A stretch of DNA of 64,000 nucleotides, taken from positions 1,366,001 through 1,430,000 of the forward strand of contig CM075990.1 of assembly GCA_038087875.1 (NCBI GenBank), read 5' to 3'. The notes under the pieces are model-generated. The model saw nothing but the letters and a program-made list of their open reading frames with translations, was not told the origin of the DNA and searched no databases. The translations under genes were made by a program, and so were the position numbers. Source of the stretch: Malacoraja senta. Lineage: Eukaryota. Of this stretch, positions 1-13,384 are shown one piece after another (within the stretch, counting starts at the first letter, position 1; every line of letters starts with the position of its first letter).

Positions 1-997
1 CTGTGTTGGGGCCGCAACTGTTTACCATATATATTAATCATTTAGAAGAGGGAATTAGGAGCAACACTAGCAGGTTTGCGGATGAGACAAAGCTGAGTGG
101 CAGTGTGAACTATGAGGAAGATGTTAGGAGGTTGCAGGGTGACCTGAACAGGTTGAGTGAGTGGGCAAATGCGTGGCAGATGCAGTATAATATAGATAAA
201 TGTGAGATTATCCACTTTGGCGGCAAAAATAAGGGGGCAGATTATTATCTCAATGGGGTTAGGTTAGGCAAGGGGGTGGGTGCAGGGGGACCTGGGCGTC
301 CTTGTACACAAGTTGGCGTGCAGGTACAGCAGGCAGTGAAGAAAGCCAACGGAATGTTGGCCTTCATAACAAGAGGATTTCAGTATAGGAGTAGAGGTTA
401 TTCTGCAGGTGTATAGGGCTCTGGTGAGACCACATCTGGAGTGTTGTGTCCAGTTTTGGTCTCCGAATTTGAGGAAGGGCATCCTTGTGATTGAGGTAGT
501 GCATCGTAGGTTCACAAGATTGATCCCTGGGATGGCGGGACCGTCATATGAGGAAATATTGAAAAGACTAGACTTGTATTCACTGGAGTTTAGAAGGATG
601 AGGGGGGGTCTTATAGAAACATATACAATTACAACAGGACTGGACAAGCTAGATGCAGGAAAAAAGTTCCCAATGTTGGGCGAGTCCAGAACCAGGGGCC
701 ACATTCTTAGATTAAAGGAGAAGCCATTTAAGACAGAGGTGAGAAAAAACGTTTTCAACCACAGAGTTGTGAATTTGTGGGATTCCCTGCCACAGAGGGC
801 AGTGGAGGCCAAGTCACTGGATGGATTTGAGAGAGAGTTAGATCGAGCTCTAGGGGCTAGTGGAATCAAGGGATATGGGGAGATGGCAGTCACGCGTTAT
901 TGATTGGGGACGATCAGCCATGATCACAATGAATGGCGGTGTTGACTCGAAGGGCCGAATGATGCACCTATTTTCTATGTTTCTATGTTTCTATGTT
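1..997 (+). mobile_element. CR1-type LINE, 3' part of ORF2 (RT C-terminus) plus 3' UTR; frameshifted, starts before the window
   Basis: ORFs 3..416 and 409..903 give LGPQLFTIYIN, RFADETKL and YRALVRPHLECCVQFWSP, typical of CR1 ORF2; ends in a (TTTCTATG)n tail at about 971-997. Confidence 0.93.
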
Positions 998-2110
998 CCT
1001 CTTGACCGATTGTAGAGGGGAGCGAAGGGAGTGACTGGGGGTGAAACTCCTTGATTATGCTGGTGGCCCTTCCGAGGCAGCATGAAGCGTACAGTATATG
1101 GGCGTATTTGAAGGGAGGTTGGTTTGTGTGTTGGCCAGCTGCGTTCATAATTCTCTGTAGTTTCTAGCGGTCTTGGATGGAGCTGTTTCCAAACCATGCC
1201 GTGATACATCCCGAAAAAAATGCTTTATTGTAAGCAAATCTAGGTAAGGATGGAAGGTGTTGGGGGCATGCCGACCATTTTTATAAGGAGGCGTTGCTTT
1301 GCTTTCTTGGTCATTGCGTCGATATGGCTAGTCCAGGACAATTTAAAGTGATATTTACTCCGAGCAACTTGAAGATTTCAACCATTTCTACTTCGGGGCC
1401 GCCATTGTATATCGGGGTATGTGTAGCGCTCCGCTTCCTGAAGTTAATCACTATCTCCGTTGTCTTGCTAACACTGAGAGAAACGTCTTTGTATTTACGC
1501 CAGGTCACGAGGTTCTCAATCTTCTTCCTGAACTCCGCCTCGACATTGTTTGATGTCTGGCCTAAAAATATGGCGTCTTCCACGAATTTGTAAACTAATA
1601 TGGATTCGTACCTGGCTGTTCAGTCGTGGGTGAATAACGAATAAAGAACGCGGCTACGTTTGCATCCTTGCGGAGTATTGATGATTATCGTAGATGATGA
1701 TTTGTCCCCTATTCTCACTGATTGTGGTCTGTTGGTCAGGAAGTCGAGGATCCAGTTGCAGAGATGAATGCTGACTCCAAGTGCATGAGTTTGGTGATGA
1801 CCCTGGATGTGTTAATGGTGTTAATACCAGAGCTTTGAATGAGCTGTGAATCGAAGTATGACGTATATATTTATTTTATCCAAGTGTTCCAGTGATGAGT
1901 GTAGGGCCAGGGAGAGGTCATCAGCCGTGGACCTGTTTTGGCGGTATGCGAACTGCAGTGGGCCAAGGCTGCTTGGTGGACTAGATATAATGCTCCGTAA
2001 CCAGCCTCTCAAAGCACTTCCTGACGGTGGATATCAAGGCCACTGGATGCTAGTGATTGAGGCATGACATATTGCTTTTCTTACGCACAGGGATAATAGT
2101 GGTCGAATTA
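994..2110 (-). mobile_element. Decayed Rex1/Babar-like LINE RT fragment
   Basis: Minus-strand ORFs give LGPLQFAYRQNRSTADDLSLALHSSLEHLD and LSVSKTTEIVINFRK, matching the Rex1-type RT seen at 9324-10236. Confidence 0.8.
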
Positions 2111-2269
2111 AAGTGGGGGGTGTATACAGTTAACGTCAACAACCCCTAACTGCATTGGTGTGCGCAGGCATATTGAGACAGATCAGTTTCGTTTGTGTTT
2201 GGCAACGTGTTCTCCCAAAAATTGTGGGCCGAACGCTATGTTCCAATGACGTGCTATTTTCTGTATTGT

Positions 2270-2880
2270 AACAAAGCTATGGACTTTTTAAAGGATGTAA
2301 AGAGAGAAAGAATAACCGAGAATGGCGAATAGGGTGTCAATCATATATTCACGACTTTGATTGTGTTATATAGGATCGGCGAGTAACATGATCATGCTTG
2401 GCTTCCAAATTATCTAGCGACAACAAAGGGATAGGATAAATAAATCTACCTGATTTCCAGTTGGTAGGCGGTGACAACGCGGGGAACACAATTAGGATAC
2501 ATCGGTTACAATCTCAATTGATGATTTTGTATGAGGGAACCAAATGTAAATTTCAGTCGCTGGCGATCCTAATGAAATTGCGATTTATGAGGGATATGCC
2601 GAAGGATGCAGACGGATGGAGTAAATGTGATCACAGGCTGATCCCTGTAACAGTGCTAAACGTGACGTTATCCATTTTAGCAAGGAAAATTTAAATTTAG
2701 AAAATTATTTAAATAGTGAGAATGCAGCAGTTTCTGAAAACAATGATTCATACGCAGCAATTATCTTCAAAAGCAAATGACATGCCGGCCATCATTGTAA
2801 GTATTGCTGGGTACAGCAGCAGAGAAATGTTGCTGCAAATGTATGCGTCCTCAGCACGAAAATACTTGAACACTTAAAGA
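2270..2880 (+). mobile_element. Old, highly decayed CR1 fragment
   Basis: Patchy nucleotide resemblance to the CR1 RT region elsewhere in the window (e.g. GACGTTATCCATTTT, GAAATGTTGCTGCAAATGTA). Confidence 0.45.
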
Positions 2881-4154
2881 ACTGGGGAACTAAATCGATA
2901 AGTCTGAGTTCATTGATCCGTGTTATGAGTAACTAACAGTGTAATGTGTGAGATAGTTGGAGGTAGAATCAGGGAGAATGTTTTAACTTGGTACATTATA
3001 AACCAACGGCTACACACGACGAGCCTGAGAAAAGATTTGTCATTCAGAGGGTAATGACCACGTGAAATTCTCTCTACATCGGCAGTGGAAGACGTCATTG
3101 AATAATATTGAAAGATGATCCACATAGCTTTTTCTGACACAAACACATCAAGGGCTACGGGGACATAGTGGATACATGGTGTTGAGAAATGTTTCGCCAT
3201 GATCTTATGGTCAGGGCAATCAGGAATAAGGGCCTCAAGGGTGATTCGTGCGCTTTATTTTTTGCTTCCATCGGTCTGTGAGTTGGCTTTACTTCGTTTG
3301 GGTCAATATCCAATCGGCGGCCGTTATACATTTAGCAATATTATTTGTAAATTTGTATATCTTGAATAACGACAACTCTAATAATAATGCCAATGCAAAT
3401 TGGCCTCCGGCCGGTATAGGCAGTAGTCCTGAAAATGGTAGTTTAATGCTAATTGGAATATCATGCAATAAAAGATTCTGGTTTACACCAAACATAGACA
3501 CAACATCCTGGATTATCCTATCTACTTGCTCCAGAGATGATGCCCGACCCGCTGAGTTACTCCACCGTTTTTTGTTGGTTTTGAATAGCCTGAAGCACTC
3601 AGGTTTGTACCAAGGCATTACAGATATGATCTTATATTAAGGAAGTGATAGAGATGAAGGGCAACATCTGACCGGTCGCTAAGGTTCACCGTGGATGTCC
3701 ACAGCGCATAATTGCACTGCCTCTGACCTGATCGTAAGACAGCAACTTTATTGTTGCGCTCAGTAAGAGCAGTTTCTATTGTCATTTATCACAGTGCCCG
3801 ACCCCCTGACCCCCACCCCCCTCCCCACCATCCCGCTGCTCTCCACGGATCTAATCAAATGCTAAGCTTCCATACGCTGGCAATTCTGGCGTTAAATCTG
3901 CAATTATCAGAGGCATCTTTAAAAACATTGAACGCTGCGACCCACATTGTGGAGGGCTGAACTGCTCGTTCTCTCCACGCAGTTTGCTCATGTACTTAAT
4001 CCCTGCAGTTAATTCGGTATAGCGACAGGCATGAAGAAACGTGGATCCGTGATTGAGAAGTTTTCATTTGGGAAACTACAAAACGATACCGTAGTCATAC
4101 CGATTGAATATGTATGCATTGATACCCAGTTTCCGTTCTCTTCTTCTTCTGCAG

Positions 4155-5062
4155 TGAATTTCGTGGCGATTGTGATCCTTTCCCGTGGAAAGTGCGGCCT
4201 GTCCACCTGCACCACTAGCTACCTGGTGGCCATGGCTGCAGCGGATCTGCTAGTTATTATTATTGATGTCATATGTTATCGCATCAATCGTTATCTTTTC
4301 CCGGTGAATTTCCTGGACATTACGCCCGTGTGTTGTAGTGTTAACGTATTGGCTCGTACAGCCAAAAACTGTTCTGTCTGGTTCACTGTCACGTTCACTT
4401 TTGATCGATTTGTCGCCATATTTTGTCAAAAACTGCAAACAAAATAGATCACCGGAAAAACAGCGGCTTTGGTTCTTCCAACAATTGGCGTTCTGCTCTT
4501 TCTGAAAAACGTCCCCTTCTATTTCGCGTATAACCCAAAGGAAATAATCGACAATGTGCCATTCTTCTGTCTGGGGAAGAGTAGTTATTACATTCACCCC
4601 GGGTGGATAGGATTTGACACGATCCATAAGATCGTGACTCCGTTGCTCCCATTCACAATAATCCTATTGCTCAACACTCTGACAGTCCGGCGCATTTTAG
4701 TGGCCAGTCGGGCCCGTAAAGGGTTGAGGGGTCAGAGCAATGGGGAAAACCGAAGTGACCCAGAGATGGAGAGCAGGAAGAGGTCGGTGATTTTATTATT
4801 TACCCTCTCCGGAACCTTCATCCTCCTGTGGCTGTAGCATGTGGCAGAATTCATCTATGGTCAGATTACTAGAACGGCATTTGTGAACACGGAATCTGAA
4901 AAGATATTTGGTCTGTTTGGAGTTTTGTTGAGCATCCTCAACTGCTGTACGAACACTTTTATTTACGCGGTGACACAGTCTAGGTTCAGGCAGCAGTTAA
5001 AGGCCGCACTGGTGTGTCCGGTCATGTCATTGGTTCAGTTGATGAGGAAACCCACACACTGA
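4155..5062 (+). pseudogene. GPR139-like class A GPCR pseudogene, copy 1 (main exon; exon 1 not found in the window)
   Basis: Polypyrimidine tract plus CAG acceptor ending at 4154; translation NFVAIVILSRGKCGLSTCTTSYLVAMAAADLL...FTFDRFVAI...PLLPF...DPEMESRKRS...NCCTNTFIYAVTQSRFR; in-frame TAG stops at 4445-4447 and 4835-4837. Confidence 0.88.
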
Positions 5063-5084
5063 GCACAGCCCAAATACTCCCTTA

Positions 5085-5415
5085 GAAGTTCATAAGACAT
5101 GGGAGCATTATTAGACGATTCGGCCCATCGAGTTTGCTTCGCCATCTGATCAAAACTGATTTATTCCCCCCCCCCCACCTACCTCTCATAACCTCATGCC
5201 CCTGCCTTCTCCCCGTAACATTTGACGCCCTTGCTGGTCAATAACCTATCGATCTCCGCTTCAAAATACCCGATGACTCAACAGATTCACCACCACATGA
5301 CTGAAGACATTCAACCTCATATCCATTCTAAGTGTATGTCCTTTAATTTTTAGTCTATCACCTCTGGCCCTAGAGTCTCCCACCTCTAGAATATCCTCTC
5401 CATGTCCACTTTATC
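5085..5415 (-). mobile_element. CR1 3'-end fragment
   Basis: Reverse-complement resemblance to the CR1 3' UTR (ATTCGGCCCATCGAG...CCTGCCTTCTCCCCGTAA). Confidence 0.6.
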
Positions 5416-6253
5416 GCAGTCTCGTTGTCTCCTGAAGATATCTTCCGCATCCACAACGGCTGATAGTTATAACATCGTAATGTTGTGCAACACATAAATA
5501 GTTCCCTCGTGCCACTGGCGCGGTACCGAACGCCATGCCAATTTACATTCGCCCTCTTGCCTGAATTAATTCAATATCCCTCTGTGTTTTTTTCTCGTTG
5601 AAGTAGCAGTGCAGATGCCACCTAAATCATGTTGGAGTTCCTGCCTTCACCACCTTCCCGTTGCAGATGTCACGTGCCCTTTGTGCGTACCACTCGGTAA
5701 CCATTTGAGCGTAGCACTCGCTCACACCGTAAACCCATCAGCTCAAGTTCTGCACAGACCACATAGTGGGAAACTGACTGTCGATCTACTCTATATATGC
5801 CGTTCATAAAAGTATGCACCTTTGGTTATTCACCTCTCTGCTTTGCTGGTCCAGGAAAACATTTCATACCTATTAAACATATCCTCATAACTCAGGCCTC
5901 CAGAGTGACCTCCCCTACGTCACGTACCCATGAACAATGATGTCCCAAATATTATAGTCATGCATTGGTCGATCGCCAATGGCACCATTTGCCTCCTGTG
6001 GAAGAAAATAATTTGGAGTGAAATTAATGGAAAATGAAAAACGGAGACTGCGCAAATTTGCTTCGAGATTTTATTGCATGATATCATGGAGAGATGGCTG
6101 CAACAAACTGCTCACCAGTTCTCTGACTTCGCAGCAGAATTAGCCGACAGTAATACAGTGCTGTAAATTACTTTTGTTTTGTGTTAGATACAGCTATACG
6201 AAAATATACTATCTACTACATGGGTTCCAATTATTTCATTAGTCATAACATAC

Positions 6254-6568
6254 TTTTTTATTTATGTCAATCTTATTCAACAAAAGATGAATAATACAAG
6301 TTACACACAGTACAAGGGCATCTTGACATTATTCTATCTTACCGTTCAGGCGGCCCACGCTACCATCCCCTCTGCGAGCCAATCATAAGCCCCCCCATTT
6401 ACAGTAATATTTCTATGTCACTTGTGGTAGAGGGCGCGGGTGGTCTACTGTAACTCCTCACTGAAGGGAAAACAAGCTTCGTTATCTCCTCTACTATTTC
6501 ATGTTTACATTTACTATCCACCCTTCAGACCCTTCAGATTTCCAGACAAGAGTCTAATCTTACTTTGC
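6254..6568 (-). mobile_element. Possible L1/Tx1-type LINE 3' end
   Basis: T-rich tail with a minus-strand AATAAA-like signal; the minus strand reads ..LVWKS..W.., like the extreme C-terminus of L1/Tx1 ORF2; weak. Confidence 0.35.
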
Positions 6569-8432
6569 CGATTCCATCGAACCTCTTCTGCACCTGGTCA
6601 AGCGAAAGCTGCCAATTGTCACATCCAAGCACCCTTCAAGAATCAAGTCAAGATTCAAGATTCAATGGTAGACACATTGTCTCCGCCTGTTCGTGCCCTA
6701 CCGAACTCATTTCCACCTACCTTCACTCCATCCTATCCCCCTTGGTTAAATCCCTCCCTACCTATGTTCAAGACACCTCAGACACTCTCCGTCGTCTCCG
6801 GGCATTGCATTCTCTAGGCCCCCATCCCCTCATCTTCACCATGGACGTCCAATCACTCTACACCTCTATCCCCCACCAGGATGGTCTCAAAGCCTTCCGG
6901 TTCTTCCTAGACCGGAGAATCAACCCATACCCGTCCACTGATACTCTCCTCCGCCTAGCGGAGTTGGTCCTTACCCTCAATAACTTCTCGTTTGACTCCT
7001 CCCATTTCCTCCCAATACAAGGCGTAGCTATGGGCACGCGCATGGGCCCCAGCTATGCCTGCCTATTGGTCAGGTACGTCGAACAATCCTTGTTCGAGGC
7101 GTACCAGGGCCCCATCCCCGACCCCTACCTCCGCTACATGGACGATTGCTTTGGTGCTACCTCCTGCACCCACACACATCTAACTGACTTAATCCGCTTC
7201 ACCGCTAACTTCCATCCGGCACTTAAATACACCTGGACCATTTCCCACACTTCCCTACCATTTCTTGACCTCACTATCTCCATCGCAGGTGATAGACTTC
7301 TGACCGACATCCACTATAAACCCACTGACTCCCATGTCCATCTAGACTACTCTTCTTCCCACCCTGCTTCCTGTAAAGACTCCATCCCCTACTCCCAATT
7401 CCTCCGTCTACGCCGCATCTGCTCCCATGATGAGGTGTTCCACACCAGGGCATCGGACATGTCCTAATTCGCCAGGGAACGGGGGTTCCCCTCCCCTACT
7501 ATAGATGAGGCTTTCACCAGGGTCTCTTCCATACCCCCGTAACACTGCTCTCTCTCCCCATCCCCCCACTCGTAACAAGGGCAGAGTCCCCCGAGTCCTC
7601 ACCTTACACCCCACTAGCCGTCACATTCAACAAATAGTCCTCCATCATTTTCGCCACCTCCAACGTGATCCCACCACTCGCCACATCTTCCCATCTCCCC
7701 CCTGTCTGCTTTCCGCAAAGACCGCTCCCTCCGTAACTCCCTGGTCAATTCTTCCCTTCCCTCCCGCACCACCTCCTTCCCGGGCACTTTCCCTTGCAAC
7801 CGCAAGACATGCTACACTTGTCGCTTTACCTCCCCCCACGACTCCATTCAAGGACCCAGGCAGTCGTTCTCGATGCGACAGAGGTTCACCTGCATCTCAT
7901 CCAACCTCATCTATTGCATCCGCTGCTCTAGATGTCAGCTGATCTACATCGGTGAGACCAAGCATAGGCTTGGCGATCGTTTCGCCGAACACCTCCGCTC
8001 GATCCGCATTAACCAACCTGATCTCCCGGTGGCTCAGCACTTCAACTCACCCTCCCATTCCGAATCCGACCTCTCTGTCCTGGGCCTCCTCCATGGCCAG
8101 AGTGAGCACCACCGGAAATTGGAGGAGCAGCACCTCATATTCCTCTTGGGCATTCTGCACCCTAGCTGCATAAACATTGAATTCTCCAATTTCCGGTAGC
8201 CCCCTTCTCAGCTCTCCCTCTCTCCCTCAGCCCTTGGGCTCCCCCTCTTCCCTTTTCCTTTCTTCTCCCCACCCCAACCCCCCACCCCCCAAACCTACAT
8301 CAGTCTGAAGAAGGGTTTCGGCCCGAAACGCTGCCTATTTCCTTCGCTCCATAGATGCTGCTGCACCCGCTGAATTTCTCCAGCACCTTTGCTACCTTCG
8401 ATTTTCCAGCATCTGCAGTTCATTCTTAAACA
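6569..8432 (+). mobile_element. Penelope-like retroelement, 5'-truncated: RT, GIY-YIG endonuclease and terminal repeat (pLTR)
   Basis: ORF 6565..7467 has TMDVQSLYTSIP, QGVAMGTRMGPSYA, YLRYMDD and LPFLDL; ORF 7873..8199 has NLIYCIRCSRCQLIYIGETK (GIY-YIG); a stop at 7467 interrupts the coding region. Confidence 0.95.
8305..8332 (+). ncRNA. Minimal hammerhead ribozyme-like motif in the Penelope pLTR
   Basis: CTGAAGA-A-GGGT-TTCG-GCCC-GAAAC: CUGANGA box, stem II with a UUCG loop, GAAA box; the cleavage triplet reads GCT in this copy, so it is probably inactive. Confidence 0.65.
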
Positions 8433-11400
8433 TCAAGTCAAGAGAGTTTTATTGTCATGTGTCCCAGAGAGGACAATCAAATTCTTGCTTGCTGCAGCAC
8501 AACAGAATATTGTCGGCATAAATACAGAACAGATCAGTGTGTCTATATACCATAGACCATATATACACACAAAAATAAACAGACAAAATGCAATGTTCAA
8601 GAAGGAACTGCAGATGCTGGAAAATCAAAGGTAGACAATAGTACTGGAGAAACTCAGCGGGTGAGGCAGCATCTATGGAGCGAAGGAAATAGGCAACGTT
8701 TCGGGTGGAAACAATTCTTCAGACTGATGCAGGGTGGGGGGGGGGGGCGGGACGAAGAAAGGAAGAGGAGGAGCCAGAGGGCTGCGGGGGGGGGGGGGGG
8801 GGAGCTGGGAAGGGGAGGAGACAGCAAGGGCTACTCGATATTGGAGAAGTCAATGTTCAAGCCGCTGGGGTGTAGACTGGCCAAGTGGAATATGAGGTGC
8901 TGCTCCTCCAATTTCCGGTGGAAAAAGTGCAATAGGCTGTTATAGTTCAGAGTTTTTTTGAGGTTGTGTTTAATAGTCTGATGGCTGTGGGGAAGTAGCT
9001 GTTCCTGAACCTGGATGTACCAGATTTCAGGCTCCTGTACCTTCTAGCTGATGGCAACGGAGGGATGAGTGTTTGGCCAGGATGGTGTGGGTCCTTGATG
9101 ATGTTGGCAGCCTTTTTGAGGCAGCAATTGCGATAGAACCCCTCGATGGTGGGGAGGCCAGAGCCGTGATGGCCTGGGCAGCGTTTACAACTTTGTGCAG
9201 CCATTTCCGCTCCTGGACGCTCAAGCTGCCGAACCGAGCCATGATATAACCAGTCAGCGTGCTCTCTACTGTGCACCTGTAGAAGTTCGAGAGAGTCTTC
9301 CTTGACATACCGACTCTCCGTAATCATCTCAGGAAGTAATGGCGCTGATGTGCATTCTTTTTAATTGCATCATTGTGCTTGGACCAGGAGAGATCGTCGG
9401 AAATATGCACGTCCAGGAATTTGACATTCTTGACCCTTTCCACCATCGACCCGTTGATATAAACGGGACTGTGGGTCTCTATCCTAAACCTTCCAAAGTC
9501 CACAATCAGTTCCTTGGTTTTGCAGGTGTTGATAGCCAGGTTATTGTGCTGGCACCATTTGGTCAATCGGTCGATCTCACTTCTATACTCTGACTCGTCA
9601 CCATCAGTGATTCGTCCTACAACAGTTGTGTCGTCGTCGAACTTGATGATGGAATTCGCACTATTTCCAGCTACACAGCCATGAGTATAGAGTGAGTACA
9701 TCAGGGGGCTAAGCACGCAGCCTTGAGGTGCTCCCGTGCTGATTGTTATCGAGGATGACACATTTCCACCAATACGGACAGACTGTGGTCTGTGAATGAG
9801 GAAGTCGATGATCCAATTGCAGAGGGATGCGCAGAGACCCAGATCTGCGAGCTTTGTAACTATCTTGGAGGGGATGATGGTATTAAATGCCGAGCTGTAG
9901 TCAATGAATAACAGTCTGAGATGTGAGTTTTGTAGTCCAAGTGGTCCTGAGCGGAGTGGAGAGCCAGTGAGGTCAGATCCACCTGTTGTGGCGGTAAGCT
10001 AACTGCAATGGGTCCAGGTTCTTGTCGAAGTATGAGTTGATATGCGCCATGATCAATCGCTCAAAGCACTTCATCACCACAGACGTTAGTGCCACTGGTC
10101 GATAGTCATAGAGGCACGTCACCTTGCTCTTCTTGGGCACCGGTATTATTGATGCCCTTTTAAAGCAGGTGGGAACCTCAGACCTCAGAAGTGAGAGATG
10201 AAAATGTCCGTAAAAACTCCAGCAGTTGGTCCGCACAGGTTTTTAAAACACGACCGGACATACCATCAGATCCGGCGCTTTCCGAGGGTTCACCCCCCTG
10301 AAGGATTTTCTAACGTCGGCCTCTGTGACTGTGACCGAAACACTATCACGGCGAACAGGGGCTCGGGAAGGTACATCCGTGTTCTCCCTATCAAAGCGTG
10401 CATAAAATGCATTGAGCTCGTTAGAGAGTGGCACTTCGCTGACATTTGAGCTGCCTCCTGATTTTGCCTTGTAGGAGGTGATTGCATTAAAGCCCCGCCA
10501 CATTGTCGAACATCCGTCTCATCCTCCAGCTTGGAGCAGGTCCCTTTTTACCTTTTAGATGGTCTTACCAAGGGCGTAACTGGATTTCTTGTAGACCTCT
10601 GTATCTCCAGACCTGAATGCCCCCCCCCCCCACAACCTCTGCACAGTCCTCACCTCTGGGGGTGCACACTTCAATTGCTGCCTGTAGGCAGGAAGCAGCA
10701 GCACCGCAGTATGGTCGGATTTACCAAAGTGAGGGCGAGTGATGGAGCGATAGGCGTCTTTTATGGTCGTGTAGCAGTGGTCGAGGATGATTGATCCTCT
10801 GGTGCTGCAGGAGACATGTTGGTGGAAGTTTGGGAGCGATTTCTTCAGGTTGGCTTTGTTGAAGTCCCCGGCTGTGGTGGTAAATGCCTCGGGGTAAGCC
10901 GTCTGGTGCTTGTTGACCACGGCGTGCAGCTCCCCCAGTGCCAGATGGACATCAGCTTGGTTGGGATGTAGACCCCGGTCAGGATGATGGAGGGGAATTC
11001 CCTCGGTAGGTAGAAGGGGCGACACTTCACAGCCAGGTGTTCCAGGTGTGAAGATCAGAAAGAACTGCCACGTCTGAGCACCACGCAAAGTTGACCATGA
11101 GGCAGACGCCCCCTCCTTCTCCCTTTCCCAGAAGCCAGTGTACGGTCCACGCGATGGATGGAGAAACCTCCAGGCTGGACTGCTGAGTCTGGGGAGCTAG
11201 GGGTGAGCCATTGCATTTAAATCCTCCACTTTATTCCACAGAGCATTTAAGTCCTCCGCTTTATTTTCAAGGGACTGTACGTTGGTCAGGAGAATGGTAG
11301 AGTGAGGGGTAGGAAGTCCCCTGCGCGTCAGTCTGACCTGAAGTCCTGCCTGTCGGCCACGTTTCCGGACACAATGGAGGCCTCGCCGTTGTTTCCAGGT

Positions 11401-11620
11401 ACTGTGCTTACTGTACCTGGTGTTTCTGCGAACCTGCGCTGGAACGGGGATCCCCTTGCAGACGGCAGCTCCAACTCCGTTGCGAACGGGGGTTCCCTCA
11501 CAGACCGCAGCTCCAGCACCGTTGCTCCAGGGAAATCCTGCTCGTCGGCTATCCAGGATGGGAGCCGCAGCGGTTAAATTGCTGCGCAGCCAGCTGACAC
11601 CCCACATCTACCCTCGATGT
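8433..11620 (-). mobile_element. Rex1/Babar-clade LINE, near full length, decayed (APE endonuclease plus RT)
   Basis: Minus-strand ORFs: RKRGRQAGLQVRL..ILLTNVQSLENK, CRPFYLPREF, GDFNKANL..LDHCY..SDH (APE), [41 protein letters not shown] (RT); CTTGA-type tail at 8433-8442. Confidence 0.93.
8593..8920 (-). mobile_element. Penelope pLTR fragment nested in the Rex1 3' UTR
   Basis: Reverse complement of about 8112-8432; flanked by AAAATGCAAT / AAAGTGCAAT, a TSD-like duplication; the uninterrupted UTR is visible at about 30100-30135. Confidence 0.85.
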
Positions 11621-13384
11621 GTATTTGAAACAGACCGCGAGACTCAGCGGTGAGAGCCCCATGTCTTTTCAGACACATTCATCCTGGGAGTCACACTTTG
11701 TACGAAGCCCTAGGCTCGAAACGTCACCCATTCCTTCTCTCCAGAGATGCTGCCTGTCCCGCCACGTTACTCCAGCGGTTTGTGTCTATATTCGTTGTAA
11801 ACCAGCATTTGCTGTTCCTTCCTACACACTCCAAGTCTTCACTCCAAGAGTGATGTGTAGCTGGCACCCTTCCGACCCAATTATTTAAACTGTATTTTGA
11901 AACTTCGACAGAGAACTAGCAATTATCAGATTGTATTTGGACTGGTTATTAGAGTGCAGCTTCCTATTGGTAATTAGCGTTTATGAGAATGTAGATATAC
12001 CGTAATTCAGATGCACAAAATTCCAACGGATTAATGTTGACCTTTCGCTGCAGAATGTGAGAGCAGCACTGTGAGTGGGACTCCTTGTGTACAAGTAAAT
12101 AAAGTGTGTCTGGGGAATAAATGCATGTTTTCAGAATCCAGTTGATCGTCGACGTCAAGGTGATTGGTGATATTACTGATATGGTTTCTGTATAATGATT
12201 TAATTGCGCGTGATATTACATTATGATAAAAGGAGCAAGGCCAAGTTGCTGTATCGCAACTTGTCACATTGAGCTCACTAACCGAGAACTCAAACGTCAG
12301 CAATAATCACAATAGTATTCCGTGCACAGTGTGATACGTTTTCCACATTTTTCTCTGAACTGTTTATACTGCAGGTAACGTCTCCAAATGTGGTGTAAGG
12401 ATATACATTCACAGAATGCAATGGAGGAAGTTTGCGGGAACAGTGATATTTCAACATACTGCAGGTGGACAAACAGATGATGACACGCCAGAGAAATTCC
12501 TGCTTTTACTCTCAGTTCAGAAATGTAACTGCGAGACACCTATGAATGGTAAATCTGAGCAGACTAGTTGACGTCTATATGGTCGTTTTTTTTTAACCTG
12601 TTTCAGTGATCAGCAAATCCATTTCTCAGTTGGTTCATTCAGAAACGCATTTCCAAATGCCAAGGATCTCTGAAATCATTCAGCTGCCGTGGTTGACCTG
12701 AACAATCCGGGATCTCTGTGCGTTATTGAAATACTATGACACGGCAACCAAGCAGATTACGCAAACTTGTGCAACGGTGGCAATGTATTGCATTGACTAA
12801 GACCAATAAAAACTTGCTTCGATAATATTGTACACCAATCTGATTCAAATGTGTACAGTCCCTCAAGCCAATTCTACAGCTCGAACTCACACATACTCTC
12901 AAAACGAAACCTCTTTTCAGCCCGTCAACGTTTGTTAAAAGGCATGTTCATTAAACAAAAGAAAGCCGTCTGAATCTATCACATCGGATCGGTACAGAAA
13001 ATCCATATAAAATGATTTCAGCATACAAACCGTGAAAATAAAACATTCGAAATAGAATCCGTTACGGACAACAAATATAGACCCTTAAATTGGCTCTAAG
13101 AACATAAGATTAAAATAAGATGATGATCCGTAATAACACTGGCTCCGAAACGTTAAGATCCTTGAAATAATACTGGTGTTGAAGTAAAGACCTTTCCTCC
13201 AAGTGATAAAACACCTCACACCGACGCCAATTTTACTTCGGGGTCACGTGAGTGACTACGTGAAGAAGGCCGTCACCACGCATGCGCGTCATTACGTCTG
13301 ACGCATTGCGCAACGACTGACTGGCGGGCGCGTTGCTCCTTCCAGCGGTAAGTTTAAAACGCTCAGGTAACTTATCTGAGGTCG

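Noticed and set aside
264..893. Antisense ORFs over CR1, Penelope and Rex elements
   Set aside because: Shadow frames of retroelement coding sequence
11960..12400. Possible third, very decayed GPR139-like relic on the minus strand (REKCG.., IVIIADV, IYSPDT)
   Set aside because: Only scattered short resemblances in different frames; a tBLASTn or HMM hit would be needed
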